Source of the DNA: an uncultured Planctomycetota bacterium | GTDB lineage: Bacteria > Planctomycetota > JAFGQW01 | Assembly: GCA_964485695.1 (NCBI GenBank) | Contig: CAZAKZ010000010.1 | Span: forward strand, 1,280 to 65,279 | Length of the DNA stretch: 64,000 bases | Direction: 5' to 3' | In this document: piece by piece, positions 20,590 to 30,629 of the stretch | Numbering within the stretch: the stretch's first letter is position 1 | Layout: the number at the start of each line of letters is the position of its first letter | Translations under genes and position numbers: made by a program | Notes under the pieces: model-generated | What the model was told of the DNA's origin: nothing | Database searches by the model: none | The model's input: only the letters and a program-made list of their open reading frames with translations

Positions 20590-22572
20590 GTGCGGTACCC
20601 GGGAAACATGGCAACAGTATCTTCATCTTCTCGAGAGAGACCCAATACTGCCGGTGAGAAGCTCCATGTCGAGCTGGTGGAGAAGTTCGACCGATTATTC
20701 AACACGTGTTCTATCTATCCCGTCGGGCACGTGCGCTTTGGCGAGGCCGAGCGGATATTCCGGGAAGCATTGATCAAGGCGGTTGGAGGCAACCGGACGC
20801 TACACATCGATGGAGATAGAGAGAATCTCATCGTGCAATCCTGTGTAGTGAACCGGAGCACTCCCGAGGTCGAGCGTCTCCACGGGTTCATGACTTCTCT
20901 GGGAATCGCTCGCGTTGAGATGGACACTTCCTATACGAAGCAGGATCTCTATGACTTCATGACCCTCCTGCTCAGGTACAAACACGAAGTGGAAGCAGCC
21001 CGGAGCTTCCGGCAGTTCGAGTTCAAGGACCTCCCCTCGACGATCCGGATCATCCAGCGCCAGTTCGGGAAGAGGGTTCACCGTGATTCGAGCCGCGCCT
21101 TCAGAAACAAACAGATCGGGGCTGCCGTCGAAAACTCTCTCGAAGCTCTCGAAGGGCATGATCTCGATGAGGAGACGCAAGCAGCCTGCCAGCAATGGGT
21201 CGAAAAGGTATTCACGAAGGTTGCCGAGAGGTTCGAGGTGAGCACCGATCCCCCGGATGGCTCGAAAGGCTCGAAAGGATCTTTCACCCGTTCCCTCGAG
21301 GACGTACTCGGTCTCGCAGCCAACGCCGTTCAGCATGCAATGACTGAGATGTTTACTGGCGATGAGCAGACCAGCGACATGCAGTATCTCTTCGGTGCTG
21401 CCGAGAAGGCGGTGGCGTTCTCCGAAAATGAGGATGCCGTGAAGATCATGGCCAAGGTGCTGCAGCATGCTTCCCGGGAAGCCACGGAGAACATGCAGTC
21501 AAGGTCCCAGGAGAATTCCGGAGGAGATAACGGTGACTACGACCTGTCACTGCCGGAACTCCACCGGAGCCTTGCCGAGTGTGCGAGCCTTGCGGATCCG
21601 GTGGACACCCTGAAAGCAGAGGACCGCAGCGAGCACCTTTCGGTCCTGTTGCAGATGCTGTTCGATTATCCTGCGCCGAAGGTCCTGGCGGGGATCAGCA
21701 GGGAGTTGAACCGCATTTTCTCAGAGGATCTCCAGACCCGGGAGCGCGGTGTTCTGTCCGCAGCGATCCATGAGCTCCTCGGTCGAATGGATTACGCCCT
21801 GATCGACCGCTCGTTCCCCCTCCTCCTGAGGCCCTATCGTCGTTCGAAGTCCGTGGTGGTGTTCCTGCTCGACATCTGCCGCCCATCCTCCCTTGCGGAG
21901 CTGGAGGCCATATGGCCACACATGGTCAACGAAATCCTCCTGGGCCTTGAGGGGGAAAGATCCGTGAAGGTCATGGAGCTCCACAAGCAGGTGGTCAGCC
22001 TGTCCGAGGAGGGCATGGGGGAGGAGATTCTCCGGGTCGAGTCTCTCGAGGCGATCCAGGAGAACCGGTTCTCCAAGCAGATCTTTCGGCCTCCCATAAC
22101 GGAGCTTTATCCGGTTTTCGCCGCTCTTCTCTCATCGTCCCGCACAGCGGCGATAGGCCCGTTTCTCCTCAAGGGCCTTCAAGCACATCCGCCGGATTGG
22201 GCCGGAGCAGAAGCTCTGATGTTCCTGAAAGAATACGACTCGAGGAGTCAGGAGTTTCTTCTCCAGCTGTTGAGTCATCACTCAAAGAAGAGCATTTCCA
22301 AGAGTCTGCAACGGATGGCGGTCGCTATCATCGTCGATGCCCTGAAGTCTCTGCCCCAGGACTGCCGGTACGAGGCCCGGGTACCGAAGGCCATCCAGGC
22401 TCTCGGGGTCCTCTCTCAACGGGAGGCCGAATCGACCCTTATGGAAGTATTGAAGTCGCGCAAATACCTGTTTTTGCATTCCTGGCCGGCAGCGTGTCGG
22501 AGGTCAGCCAAGCAGGCATTGCGAGTGCTGCGTTCGTCGTCGGAGATCAACGAGGAATCTCTGGGAGAATGA
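20590..22572 (+). CDS. Hypothetical protein: N-terminal region resembling the N-terminus of the adjacent HD-GYP protein, long helical middle, HEAT-like C-terminus
   Basis: Single long ORF with coding-like composition and a GTG start at 20590 (alternative ATG at 20608). No catalytic motif was recognised. It is separated by 7 nt from the downstream HD-GYP gene. Confidence 0.6.
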   Translation: MRYPGNMATVSSSSRERPNTAGEKLHVELVEKFDRLFNTCSIYPVGHVRFGEAERIFREALIKAVGGNRTLHIDGDRENLIVQSCVVNRSTPEVERLHGFMTSLGIARVEMDTSYTKQDLYDFMTLLLRYKHEVEAARSFRQFEFKDLPSTIRIIQRQFGKRVHRDSSRAFRNKQIGAAVENSLEALEGHDLDEETQAACQQWVEKVFTKVAERFEVSTDPPDGSKGSKGSFTRSLEDVLGLAANAVQHAMTEMFTGDEQTSDMQYLFGAAEKAVAFSENEDAVKIMAKVLQHASREATENMQSRSQENSGGDNGDYDLSLPELHRSLAECASLADPVDTLKAEDRSEHLSVLLQMLFDYPAPKVLAGISRELNRIFSEDLQTRERGVLSAAIHELLGRMDYALIDRSFPLLLRPYRRSKSVVVFLLDICRPSSLAELEAIWPHMVNEILLGLEGERSVKVMELHKQVVSLSEEGMGEEILRVESLEAIQENRFSKQIFRPPITELYPVFAALLSSSRTAAIGPFLLKGLQAHPPDWAGAEALMFLKEYDSRSQEFLLQLLSHHSKKSISKSLQRMAVAIIVDALKSLPQDCRYEARVPKAIQALGVLSQREAESTLMEVLKSRKYLFLHSWPAACRRSAKQALRVLRSSSEINEESLGE

Positions 22573-22579
22573 GTCAGCC

Positions 22580-24034
22580 ATGAAATCCACCTGCGATGAA
22601 CTCGTCATCCACATGAGCAACGGCATCGGCCAGCGAAAGCTCTACTTTGCCAGCCATCCCAGAGTGCTGGCCTGCAGCCGGGAGTTCACGCAAAAGCTCA
22701 AGGCCTTTCTGGAGGAGAGCGGCAAGGAGTGCTTCTTCCTGGGTATCGTAGGCGGAAAACTCGTTCACAACGGCCGCTACCTCGTCGGGCCGACGATCGT
22801 AGGCCGCAGGCTGGTCGCTTTTACCGAATGCCTGCAGAGTGGGGGGCTTCTGTTCAACGGAAAGATCGAGCCTGGTGAGGTCTGCGAGCTCTTCAACCTG
22901 GCGGCTGAGCTCACGGAGCCGGTCAAGAGCCTCGAGGAGGCTCGCGGCATGTTGAAAGCCAGGGGCGTGGACAACATCGAAATCTCGCCGGCCTACGAGG
23001 ATCAGCAGTGGTTCGGCCAGTACCACTATGATGGAACGGAGGATTGGGAGAACGGTATTCCGGGAGGATGCGACGGGGAGTCCGCAATTCCGGTCTACCA
23101 ATCGCTTTTCAACACGGTGGAAGTCGCACACCGCCGGGCGGGCGGGGACCACGAACTGGACGTCGATGGAGCACGGACGGTGACGGGCGAGATGCTCAAG
23201 ACGATCCAGGGCAACTTCATGGATATCATGCAGCTCGTGCGCTACCCGGATTTCGACAGCTACACCCTCGGCCATTCGGTGCGTGTGTCGCTGATTGCAG
23301 TGCTGGTGGGTCACAGTCTGGGAATGAACCAGGAATTCCTGCTGGAGCTGGGAACCGCCGGCTTGCTGCACGACGTGGGAAAGTCGAAGATCTCGGAAGA
23401 TATCCTCTTCAAGCCCGGCGAGCTGGACAAGGAGGAGCGACGAATCATCATGAGCCACCCGCGCCTCGGGGCTCAAATCCTGCTGGAAAACAGGGAGGCC
23501 AGTCCCCTCGCCATCGGAGCGGCCTGGGGGCATCATCTTCGCCACGACAAGAAGGGCTATCCTGCCGCGACCCAGTGGACGGTGACGAACCGGGTGACAG
23601 AGCTTCTGCATGTGTGCGATGTATTCGAAGCGCTTACAGCGGTCCGGCCTTACAAGCAAGCCTTGACCCCCCGGCGCGCCTATGAAGTCATGCTCAAGGA
23701 CCAGGGGGGGTATGAACCGGGGATTCTGGCGGCATTCGTATCGGCCATGGGGCTATACCCCCCGGGGAGTCGCTTGGCCCTTTCGAATGGCCAGCAGGGC
23801 GTCGTCGTGGCCGCCGGTTCGGACATCGACAAGCCCAAGGTGCGGATCACCCACGACGTCGGCGGCGAAGTCCTGCCGAATCAAGGCGGGGGAATTCTGG
23901 ATCTCTCCTCGGAGGGGGCATACGGAGTGACCGTATCAGGTGTTCTGGTGGACGGAGAGCCCGTAGAATCCGGTGAACCGGTCGCGCAAGACGACCTGAA
24001 TCCCACGACCATGGAGTGCTCGCCCGCCCAGTAG
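22580..24034 (+). CDS. HD-GYP domain protein (putative c-di-GMP phosphodiesterase)
   Basis: HD motif LLHDVGKSKI, HPRLGAQIL, and GHHLRHDKKGYP (HD..GYP signature). An N-terminal non-catalytic domain of about 200 aa is present. GGGAGAA RBS. Confidence 0.8.
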   Translation: MKSTCDELVIHMSNGIGQRKLYFASHPRVLACSREFTQKLKAFLEESGKECFFLGIVGGKLVHNGRYLVGPTIVGRRLVAFTECLQSGGLLFNGKIEPGEVCELFNLAAELTEPVKSLEEARGMLKARGVDNIEISPAYEDQQWFGQYHYDGTEDWENGIPGGCDGESAIPVYQSLFNTVEVAHRRAGGDHELDVDGARTVTGEMLKTIQGNFMDIMQLVRYPDFDSYTLGHSVRVSLIAVLVGHSLGMNQEFLLELGTAGLLHDVGKSKISEDILFKPGELDKEERRIIMSHPRLGAQILLENREASPLAIGAAWGHHLRHDKKGYPAATQWTVTNRVTELLHVCDVFEALTAVRPYKQALTPRRAYEVMLKDQGGYEPGILAAFVSAMGLYPPGSRLALSNGQQGVVVAAGSDIDKPKVRITHDVGGEVLPNQGGGILDLSSEGAYGVTVSGVLVDGEPVESGEPVAQDDLNPTTMECSPAQ

Positions 24035-24080
24035 CGGCCGCATAAGAACACGGCACTAAACGGTTCCCCACCCGGGTCTT

Positions 24081-25553
24081 TCAGGCGTCGAGGTCCTCGC
24101 GCCGCAGGCTGAGAACCTTCATCCGCCGGTAGAGTGTGGCCTTGTGAATGCCCAGGATGCGGGCGGCCCGGGTGGCGTTTCCGCCGGCCTCCTGAAAGGC
24201 TCGGCGAATATCGACCTCGTCGATCTCGCGCCCCTTGCTCTGGCCGGTTTGCGGCTGCGGGGGCGGCAGAGCCGGGATTTCGGGGGGTGCCGGCAGGGCA
24301 GGACGCTCCACGGGAACGGTTGTCAAACCGGCCAGGGCCTCGGCCGCCTCGAGGCTCCAGTTGTCGGGCGTCAGGGCCTTGCGCTCCTCGATCCATTCGT
24401 CGAAGGCGGATCGGCCGATGATGGAGGAACCCGCCTCGACGTAGACCCGGTCCATGGCATTTTTCAGCTCCCGGACGTTGCCGGGCCATTCGTATTGATC
24501 CACCAGCTCCATGGCCTCCTGGGTCAGGCGTACGATCTGCTTGCCGTATCTCTGATTCAGCTGCGTGAGAAAGTGATCGATGAGAAGGGGAATGTCCTCG
24601 CGCCTTTCCCTGAGCGGCGGCAGGTGGATGCGCAGCACCGAGAGGCGGTGGTAGAGATCGGACCGAAACCGTTTGAGACCCACGGCAAGCTCAAGGGGGA
24701 CGTTGGTGGCGGCCAGGATCCGCACGTTCACTTCGTGCTCCCTCTCTCCTCCGACCCGGGCAATGATCCCTTCCTCGAGAACCCGCAGGAGCTTGGCCTG
24801 GGTAGCCAGGGGCATCTCCCCGATCTCGTCGAGAAACAGAGTGCCTTCGTCGGCCTGCTCGAAGAGGCCCTTGTGGGTTCGGACGGCTCCGGTGAATGCG
24901 CCTCGCTCGTGGCCGAAGAGCTCGCTCTCGAGGATGTCCATGGAAATGGCGGAGCAGTTCAGAGCTACGAAGTGGCGGTTTCGTCTGGCACTATGGTCGT
25001 GGAGGGCCCGGGCGATCAGCTCCTTGCCGGTGCCCGTCTCGCCCGTGATGACCACGGACATGTCCACCGGGCTGTAGAGCTCGATCTTCCGGAAGACCTG
25101 GCCCATGACCCTGGAACGGGCAATGAGGCCGTCGAACGATGAGATGCGAGTGGTCTGGCGCTGTACGGAGATGGCATCAGTGACGTCGTGAAAGCGTATG
25201 AAGACGGCACCCCGGGAGGTGCCCGGATAGGTTCCTACCCGTTCCGCGTGCACGAGGATACCGCGGGATTGTCCCCGGGTGTCGAGGAATTCGATGCAGT
25301 AGTCGCGAACGGCCTGGCCGGTCTCGTAAACTGCCTCGATTACCGGAAACAGGGCCTCTGCCGCCCCGTCCAGAGCGTCGACGACAGGTCGGCCGCGGAG
25401 GTTTTCTGCGCGTTGATCGGACCAATCGGCCACCCAGGGCGGGATCTTCTCCACGATCCAACCCTTCTTCCCGGCTGGAATAAGGACCAGATCCGGGAAC
25501 ATCGGCCATTGCTCATGAGCCCGATCATAGATATCCTTGAATCTGTCATCCAT
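24081..25553 (-). CDS. Sigma54-dependent transcriptional activator (NtrC-family bacterial enhancer-binding protein)
   Basis: AAA+ Walker A GETGTGKELIARALH, sigma54-contact loop ESELFGHERGAFTGA (GAFTGA), a Pro-rich linker and a C-terminal Fis-type HTH (NATRAARILGIHKATLYRRMK). The N-terminal sensory domain of about 140 aa is PAS-like. No receiver domain is present. Confidence 0.9.
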   Translation of the reverse strand: MDDRFKDIYDRAHEQWPMFPDLVLIPAGKKGWIVEKIPPWVADWSDQRAENLRGRPVVDALDGAAEALFPVIEAVYETGQAVRDYCIEFLDTRGQSRGILVHAERVGTYPGTSRGAVFIRFHDVTDAISVQRQTTRISSFDGLIARSRVMGQVFRKIELYSPVDMSVVITGETGTGKELIARALHDHSARRNRHFVALNCSAISMDILESELFGHERGAFTGAVRTHKGLFEQADEGTLFLDEIGEMPLATQAKLLRVLEEGIIARVGGEREHEVNVRILAATNVPLELAVGLKRFRSDLYHRLSVLRIHLPPLRERREDIPLLIDHFLTQLNQRYGKQIVRLTQEAMELVDQYEWPGNVRELKNAMDRVYVEAGSSIIGRSAFDEWIEERKALTPDNWSLEAAEALAGLTTVPVERPALPAPPEIPALPPPQPQTGQSKGREIDEVDIRRAFQEAGGNATRAARILGIHKATLYRRMKVLSLRREDLDA

Positions 25554-25681
25554 GATAGGCGGTGCCTGACTGTCCTGGCTTCAACGTGCCTGGTTGACGT
25601 GTACCCAGGTTATAACACCGATTTTCAGGTTGCGGCCGACTTTTTGGCCTCGCGCCAGTTTATCCACAGGCTGCAAAGGAG

Positions 25682-26080
25682 GTGCCCGTGACGGACGAAG
25701 CGCTGATCATGGCGGCGGAGGATGTGCGGAAAAACGCCCATGCGCCCTTTTCCGGGCTGCACGTGGGAGCGGCTGTCTTGGACGCGACAGGAAACGTCTA
25801 CGTCGGCTCCAATGTGGAAAACGCCTCCTACGGCCTGACGATCTGTGCGGAACGGACCGCGCTTTTTTCTGCCGTCACGCATGGGGCCCTGGCCCATGGG
25901 ATCGTCAAGGTGGCTGTGGTCACGAAAAACGGCGACATGCCCTGTGGTGCCTGCCGCCAGGTGCTCCTCGAGCTGGCGCCCCGGGCCGAGATCCTCGTGG
26001 CCGCATCCGGTGGCCCGATCCGGCTGTTCAAGATCACCGACCTGCTACCGGAGGCCTTCGAGAACTTCGAGGCGGATTAG
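25682..26080 (+). CDS. cdd: Cytidine deaminase
   Basis: Zinc-binding signatures CAERTALFSAV and PCGACRQVLLE. GTG start. Size (132 aa) is typical of the homotetrameric class. Confidence 0.85.
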   Translation: MPVTDEALIMAAEDVRKNAHAPFSGLHVGAAVLDATGNVYVGSNVENASYGLTICAERTALFSAVTHGALAHGIVKVAVVTKNGDMPCGACRQVLLELAPRAEILVAASGGPIRLFKITDLLPEAFENFEAD

Positions 26081-26868
26081 ATCCGCACCACCGCCTCCAG
26101 ACCTGCGGTGAGAGCGCGGATCTCGGCGGCGTTGCGCCCCTCCGCGTCGAGAAATTCATTGGCCTGGCGGTCGGCGAAGACCGCACAAACGGCCCCGGCC
26201 TTCATTCCCAGTAGCGTAGCCATGGTGAACAGAGTGGAGCACTCCATCTCCATGTTCAGGACCCGCTGGGCGGCCAGCCTGTCCACGCGGTCCGGGTATT
26301 TCGTGGGCAAACCCTCGACGGGGCGGCCCTGGGCTCCGTAGAAGCCGCAGGCCGAGGCCGTGATTCCGGTGAAGTACCTTTCTCCTGCCTTCTCGCACGC
26401 ATCCACCAGGGCCTGCACCACCTCGTGATGGGCAATGGCCGGAAATCCCGGGTCCACGTAAGCCAGGGAGGTGGACTCCAAGCGGAAAGCCCCCGTGGAG
26501 ACCACCAGGTCCCCCACCCGGAGGGCGCCGGAGATGGCACCGGAACTTCCGATGCGGATCAGGACGGCCTTTGCCGGGTCGATGATTCGCGAGAGTTCCA
26601 CAATGGCGATCTCGGTGTTGTCGGAACCGATGCCGGTTCCGAGGAGGGTCACGGCCTTGCCCTTGTAGTGACCCGTGGTGCTGGTGTATTCGCGGTGCGC
26701 CCTGGGAGGGGAGGGATTCTCGAGGAGACCGGCCCCCTTCATCACCCGCCCTGGATCGCCCACAAGGAGTATTGAAGGAGCCACGTCACCGGGAGCCAGG
26801 CCGATGTGATACTGGCGCCCGTCATCGTCTGCAGGGGCATCGCCGGCCCCGAGGGGTTTTGGATTCAT
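26077..26868 (-). CDS. Nucleoside phosphorylase, PNP/UDP family 1 (uridine phosphorylase-like)
   Basis: HIGLAPGDVAPSILLVGDPGRV, GTGIGSDNTEIAIVEL, IRIGSSGAI and EMECSTLF motifs. Its stop overlaps the convergent cdd stop (26077-26080). Confidence 0.75.
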   Translation of the reverse strand: MNPKPLGAGDAPADDDGRQYHIGLAPGDVAPSILLVGDPGRVMKGAGLLENPSPPRAHREYTSTTGHYKGKAVTLLGTGIGSDNTEIAIVELSRIIDPAKAVLIRIGSSGAISGALRVGDLVVSTGAFRLESTSLAYVDPGFPAIAHHEVVQALVDACEKAGERYFTGITASACGFYGAQGRPVEGLPTKYPDRVDRLAAQRVLNMEMECSTLFTMATLLGMKAGAVCAVFADRQANEFLDAEGRNAAEIRALTAGLEAVVRI

Positions 26869-27719
26869 CGGGCAAATTCCCTGTCCAGGAGAGTCACGGC
26901 TTTTTTCAACACCGCACCGAGCGCTTCAGCCGACTTCTTTCCGGCCGCGAGCACTTCGGAGTGGCTTGGCGGAGTCGAGCTGGTGCCGGCTGCCCTGTTG
27001 GTGATGCAGGCGATACTACCCACCCGGACTCCACGCTGGTGCGCGGCAAGCGCTTCGGGAACGAGGGACATGCCCGCCACGTCTCCGCCTGAAATCCTGG
27101 CCATCTCGATCTCGGCCGGCGTCTCGTAGGTGGGGCCGGGGAAGGCCGCGTACACGGCTTCCTTCAGCGGCACGCCGGCCGCCTTGCCGGCGGCATGAAG
27201 AACTTGGCGCACACCGGGGTGGTAGAGCTCGTCCAGGGGTAGGAACACCTCCCCGTGATCGCGGGCCGAAGCGGTGGACAGGGGATTGAAACCCATGAAG
27301 TTCAGGTGATCCGTGACGACGGCAAGATCCCCCGGCTCGAGGTCGCTGCGGATTCCCCCGACGGCGTTGGTGGAAACGAGTACCTTTGCGCCTAGACCGG
27401 CGGCGAGGCGTGCCGGAAGGAGCACGGTTTCCAGAGGGTGCCCCTCGTAGCCGTGCACCCGGCCTGCCAGCACCCACACGCGCACACCGTCGATGTCGAG
27501 GAGGAGAAGTCGCCCTTCGTGGCCTTTCACGGACGGAGGGGGCAGGCCCGGAATGTCCCGGTAGCGGATGCTGCCCACTTCCCTCGCGCCTTCGAGGCTG
27601 TCGCCGAGACCGGATCCGAGGATCAGGGCCAGGAAAGCGCTTTCCGGGAGGGTCCGGCGGACCGCCTGGACGGCGTCTTGCAGGGATGCGGGAAGCGGTG
27701 GTATCTCATCCATGGTCAT
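26865..27719 (-). CDS. Purine nucleoside phosphorylase, family 2 (PunA/MTAP-like)
   Basis: LILGSGLGD, VKGHEGRLLL, GRVHGYEG, VSTNAVGGI and MSLVPEALAA motifs. The track ORF starts at 27779. The internal ATGs at 27719/27713 (MTMDEIPP) fit the family length better. Confidence 0.8.
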   Translation of the reverse strand: MTMDEIPPLPASLQDAVQAVRRTLPESAFLALILGSGLGDSLEGAREVGSIRYRDIPGLPPPSVKGHEGRLLLLDIDGVRVWVLAGRVHGYEGHPLETVLLPARLAAGLGAKVLVSTNAVGGIRSDLEPGDLAVVTDHLNFMGFNPLSTASARDHGEVFLPLDELYHPGVRQVLHAAGKAAGVPLKEAVYAAFPGPTYETPAEIEMARISGGDVAGMSLVPEALAAHQRGVRVGSIACITNRAAGTSSTPPSHSEVLAAGKKSAEALGAVLKKAVTLLDREFAR

Positions 27720-27792
27720 GAACGTAGCATATCCCCGCAGCGGGAGCAAACGACCTGTCTCCCAGGTCCCCGGATTCAAATTTCAGCGCGCA

Positions 27793-30441
27793 TCACGGCT
27801 GGATCACGACCCGGACGCCGTCCGAAAAGTCAGGAATGGAGCTTGGAATACCCGGGGACGGGTCCACGATCACCAGGGCCAGGTAGAAGGGAATGCCGGC
27901 GAGGGCTGGGATGCCGGGGATGAAGATCATGCCGCTCGCGGTGCCGCTGGTGTTCAGGATGCCGCTGAAACCCAGGAATGTGGCCGGGCTGAACCGGGAG
28001 AAGAAGAACAGATTATCGGCGTTCATCGGAAGGATGCGGGTGTCATCTCCCAGGAGAGGAATACCCAGCGATGTATCGAAGGTGGCGGCGCCCAGGTAGG
28101 CCGTGCTCTTGAAATCCGGCGCCGACCAGACCAGGGTCATGATCTGGCCCACCCGGGCCGTTCCGGGAATGGGCCGGGTGGCATTCGAGAACACGAACCG
28201 GATGCCCGCCGCGCGATGGTCGACTCCGGTCGAGGTGGTGCTGTTGTAGGCGCCGGCACCCGTGCGGTAGGCGCGCTGGACGCCGGTCGAGGTGCTCGTG
28301 TTGCGATAGCTGAGCGCGCCCCCCGATCCGCTCTGGTACCGCACCTCCACCACGAGGTTCTTGGTACCGTCGTAGGTGAAGGGGGCGGAGAACGGGAGGC
28401 CGTGCCACTGGCCCTTGACCAGCCTGACCTCCGCGGTTGCAGAGCTGAAGACGGTCGTGGCGCCGGAGATATTGGCGTCGAAGCCGCTTCCGAAGGTGGC
28501 TGAGGTTGCGGCCACGCGGACCTGGAGGTTGGCGGCCCGGAGCAATCCGGTCTCACTCCCCGGCCAGGTGAGGCCGACGATTTTGCCGTGGGCGGCTACA
28601 ATGTCTCGCGGAATGAACCACTGATACCGGACCTCGCCCGATTTGAAGGGAATGCCGCCCGGGTCTGCGGTCACGGGGTTCGAGCCAGGCACGGTGACGG
28701 CGCGCGGGCGGTAAGCAAAGTAGAAGCGGTGCTTCATGCCTGACGGTTCATTGTTGGTCGTGGCCGTGGCGGCGTTGAAGGAACCGCTACCCCGGGCGTA
28801 GTTCCGGATCGGCTTCGCGGCCGCGCCGCCGTTCCAGGCCGAGTGGAACAGGGTGCCGCCCGTGAGGCCCTGGACCCGGTATTCCACAACCAGGTTGTCC
28901 TCGCCGTTGAGGTCGAAAGGAACCTTGAGGCCGATCTTCACCCAGCCGTCGTTCACGACGTTCCAGGTGAGAGGGCCGTCGAACACCACCCGGGCGTCTT
29001 GGGACAGGTTGGTGGCGAAGTTGCTGCTCAGGGTGGCGGCGGCGCGGTGGGCCATGCGCACCTGGAGCCGGGCGATGCGGATGGTGGTCAGGGACGTGGA
29101 GGCCAGGGCGATGTCCTCGATGAGGCCTCTACGGCCGATGTCCGCGGCCAGGATGAGGGTCTGGGTCCGGGCCTCGGCAAGGCCGAAGGGAATGTCCGTC
29201 CCGTTTCCGACCGGCGTGCTGCGGTCATCACCGTCGGGCACCATGCGTAGGGTCTGGTTCCAGTCCATGTAGTGCTGCTGCACCTGGGGCCAGATCAGGT
29301 CCATGCGGGCGGCCCCGTTGGAACCGACGGGCTGGGAGGTGCGGCACCCCCCGTAGCCGTGGACGCCGATGCGCCGGTTATCCCGGTTCAGCACCGTGGA
29401 GCCGGAGCTGCCGCCCGTGGTGTCCGCCGTGTGGCCGAAGAAATTCTGGGCGGGGGAGCATTGGATGACCTTGGCCGGGACCGTGACCTGCGGGGTGGGA
29501 TTGCCCTGAAAGCTCACCTCCTTGGGCCGGCCGGCGGGATGGCCCGGAATCCAGCAGGGCTCGTTGCGGGTCAGGGGGCCGGACTCGTTCAGGAGGTAGT
29601 CGTGTGAGCCCGGAACGTCCGTGCCGTTGGGGTCCACGCCGCTGGGATTCAGGCGGATCATGGAGGAGTCGTTGCAGCGGGATGTCCACACCATCTGGTG
29701 GGGCCCGCGGATGCGGATCCCGGGAATGACGGGACCGCCGGAACAGCTGGAGTGCTCGTAGTCGAACCACACCTCGAGGGAGTTGGCGGCGGACTGGGAT
29801 CTGACGCAGTGGTTGCAGGTGAAGAAGAGTCCGTCGCGGCTCGCCAGGCCGCCGGTGCAGAACGTGGCCGTGGCATTGACCCGGGCCATACCGCAGGCGG
29901 CCCGGCCGTGCTGATACACGCTGGCCGGCTTGGTGGGAGAGTTCTTGTAGCAGGCGATCCTCTCGCGGTCGTTGGTGAGGCACGTGCTCTCGGGCAAGGG
30001 CAGGCCGGAGAGGTCCCAGAACCAGGCATACCGGTCGATGTCGAAGCCGTAGCGATTCCCGCCCTCGGGCCCGGCCCAGAGCTCGATCACCACCAGGTCT
30101 CCCGGCACGGAGAGGGCCCAGATTTCGCCGAGGGGATTGGCCTCCTTTGCGGTGATGCGGTCCACCTCCTTGCCCTTCACGTCGCGGACCACCACGTAGT
30201 CGCCCGGGGCGAGGTCGAAGTTGTTCAGGTGTACCTTGATGAGGGATCCACCGGGATGGTAGATGGGCGCGGACCACACCGGCTGGTCCTCGTCGATGCG
30301 CGGCGGATACGGGTGAGGCGTGCTGTGGTTGGCGGGAAAGACGTCACCGATCTTGACCACCACGACTTCCTGGGCCGCGAGGGGGCAGACGAGGAGGGAG
30401 GCCAACAGAAGACAGATCGGTATGGATCCGAAAAAACGCAT
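27793..30441 (-). CDS. Secreted trypsin-like (S1, V8/Glu-endopeptidase-like) serine protease with two tandem ~155-aa beta modules and a C-terminal ~95-aa module
   Basis: Signal peptide MRFFGSIPICLLLASLLVCPLAAQ. Putative catalytic triad His211 (FFTCNHCV), Asp258 (CNDSSMIRL) and Ser346 (TTGGSSGSTV). There is an internal repeat between aa 417-575 and aa 597-751 (IPF...R.Q...ANLQVR...PF..G..NLVVE.R.Q). The C-terminal module is shared with the gene at 30682-31602. Confidence 0.7.
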   Translation of the reverse strand: MRFFGSIPICLLLASLLVCPLAAQEVVVVKIGDVFPANHSTPHPYPPRIDEDQPVWSAPIYHPGGSLIKVHLNNFDLAPGDYVVVRDVKGKEVDRITAKEANPLGEIWALSVPGDLVVIELWAGPEGGNRYGFDIDRYAWFWDLSGLPLPESTCLTNDRERIACYKNSPTKPASVYQHGRAACGMARVNATATFCTGGLASRDGLFFTCNHCVRSQSAANSLEVWFDYEHSSCSGGPVIPGIRIRGPHQMVWTSRCNDSSMIRLNPSGVDPNGTDVPGSHDYLLNESGPLTRNEPCWIPGHPAGRPKEVSFQGNPTPQVTVPAKVIQCSPAQNFFGHTADTTGGSSGSTVLNRDNRRIGVHGYGGCRTSQPVGSNGAARMDLIWPQVQQHYMDWNQTLRMVPDGDDRSTPVGNGTDIPFGLAEARTQTLILAADIGRRGLIEDIALASTSLTTIRIARLQVRMAHRAAATLSSNFATNLSQDARVVFDGPLTWNVVNDGWVKIGLKVPFDLNGEDNLVVEYRVQGLTGGTLFHSAWNGGAAAKPIRNYARGSGSFNAATATTNNEPSGMKHRFYFAYRPRAVTVPGSNPVTADPGGIPFKSGEVRYQWFIPRDIVAAHGKIVGLTWPGSETGLLRAANLQVRVAATSATFGSGFDANISGATTVFSSATAEVRLVKGQWHGLPFSAPFTYDGTKNLVVEVRYQSGSGGALSYRNTSTSTGVQRAYRTGAGAYNSTTSTGVDHRAAGIRFVFSNATRPIPGTARVGQIMTLVWSAPDFKSTAYLGAATFDTSLGIPLLGDDTRILPMNADNLFFFSRFSPATFLGFSGILNTSGTASGMIFIPGIPALAGIPFYLALVIVDPSPGIPSSIPDFSDGVRVVIQP

Positions 30442-30629
30442 GGTACTCTCCTTCGCCGGCTTTCAGTACACAAGCCGTCTTACGCTCTGATAATCCCCCA
30501 GGAAGCACTGTCCAGTTTACCCGCTATCAGGGTTGCGGGTCAAGAGGGCTCAATCCCGGTTCCGGCCGTGGCCCGGCGACGGGGTGCGGATCAGAGGCGG
30601 GATCAGGATTTCCGGGCCCGTACAGATAG

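Noticed and set aside
22574-23659. 361-aa minus-strand ORF opposite the HD-GYP gene
   Set aside because: It is a shadow ORF. The plus strand carries HD and GYP signatures and an RBS.
25578-25595. Sigma54-like TGGCTTCAACGTGCC and a TTGACG/TATAAC pair in the EBP-cdd divergent region
   Set aside because: The GG/GC spacing is off by one for sigma54. The -35/-10-like hexamers are only 11 nt apart, which is too short for a sigma70 promoter.
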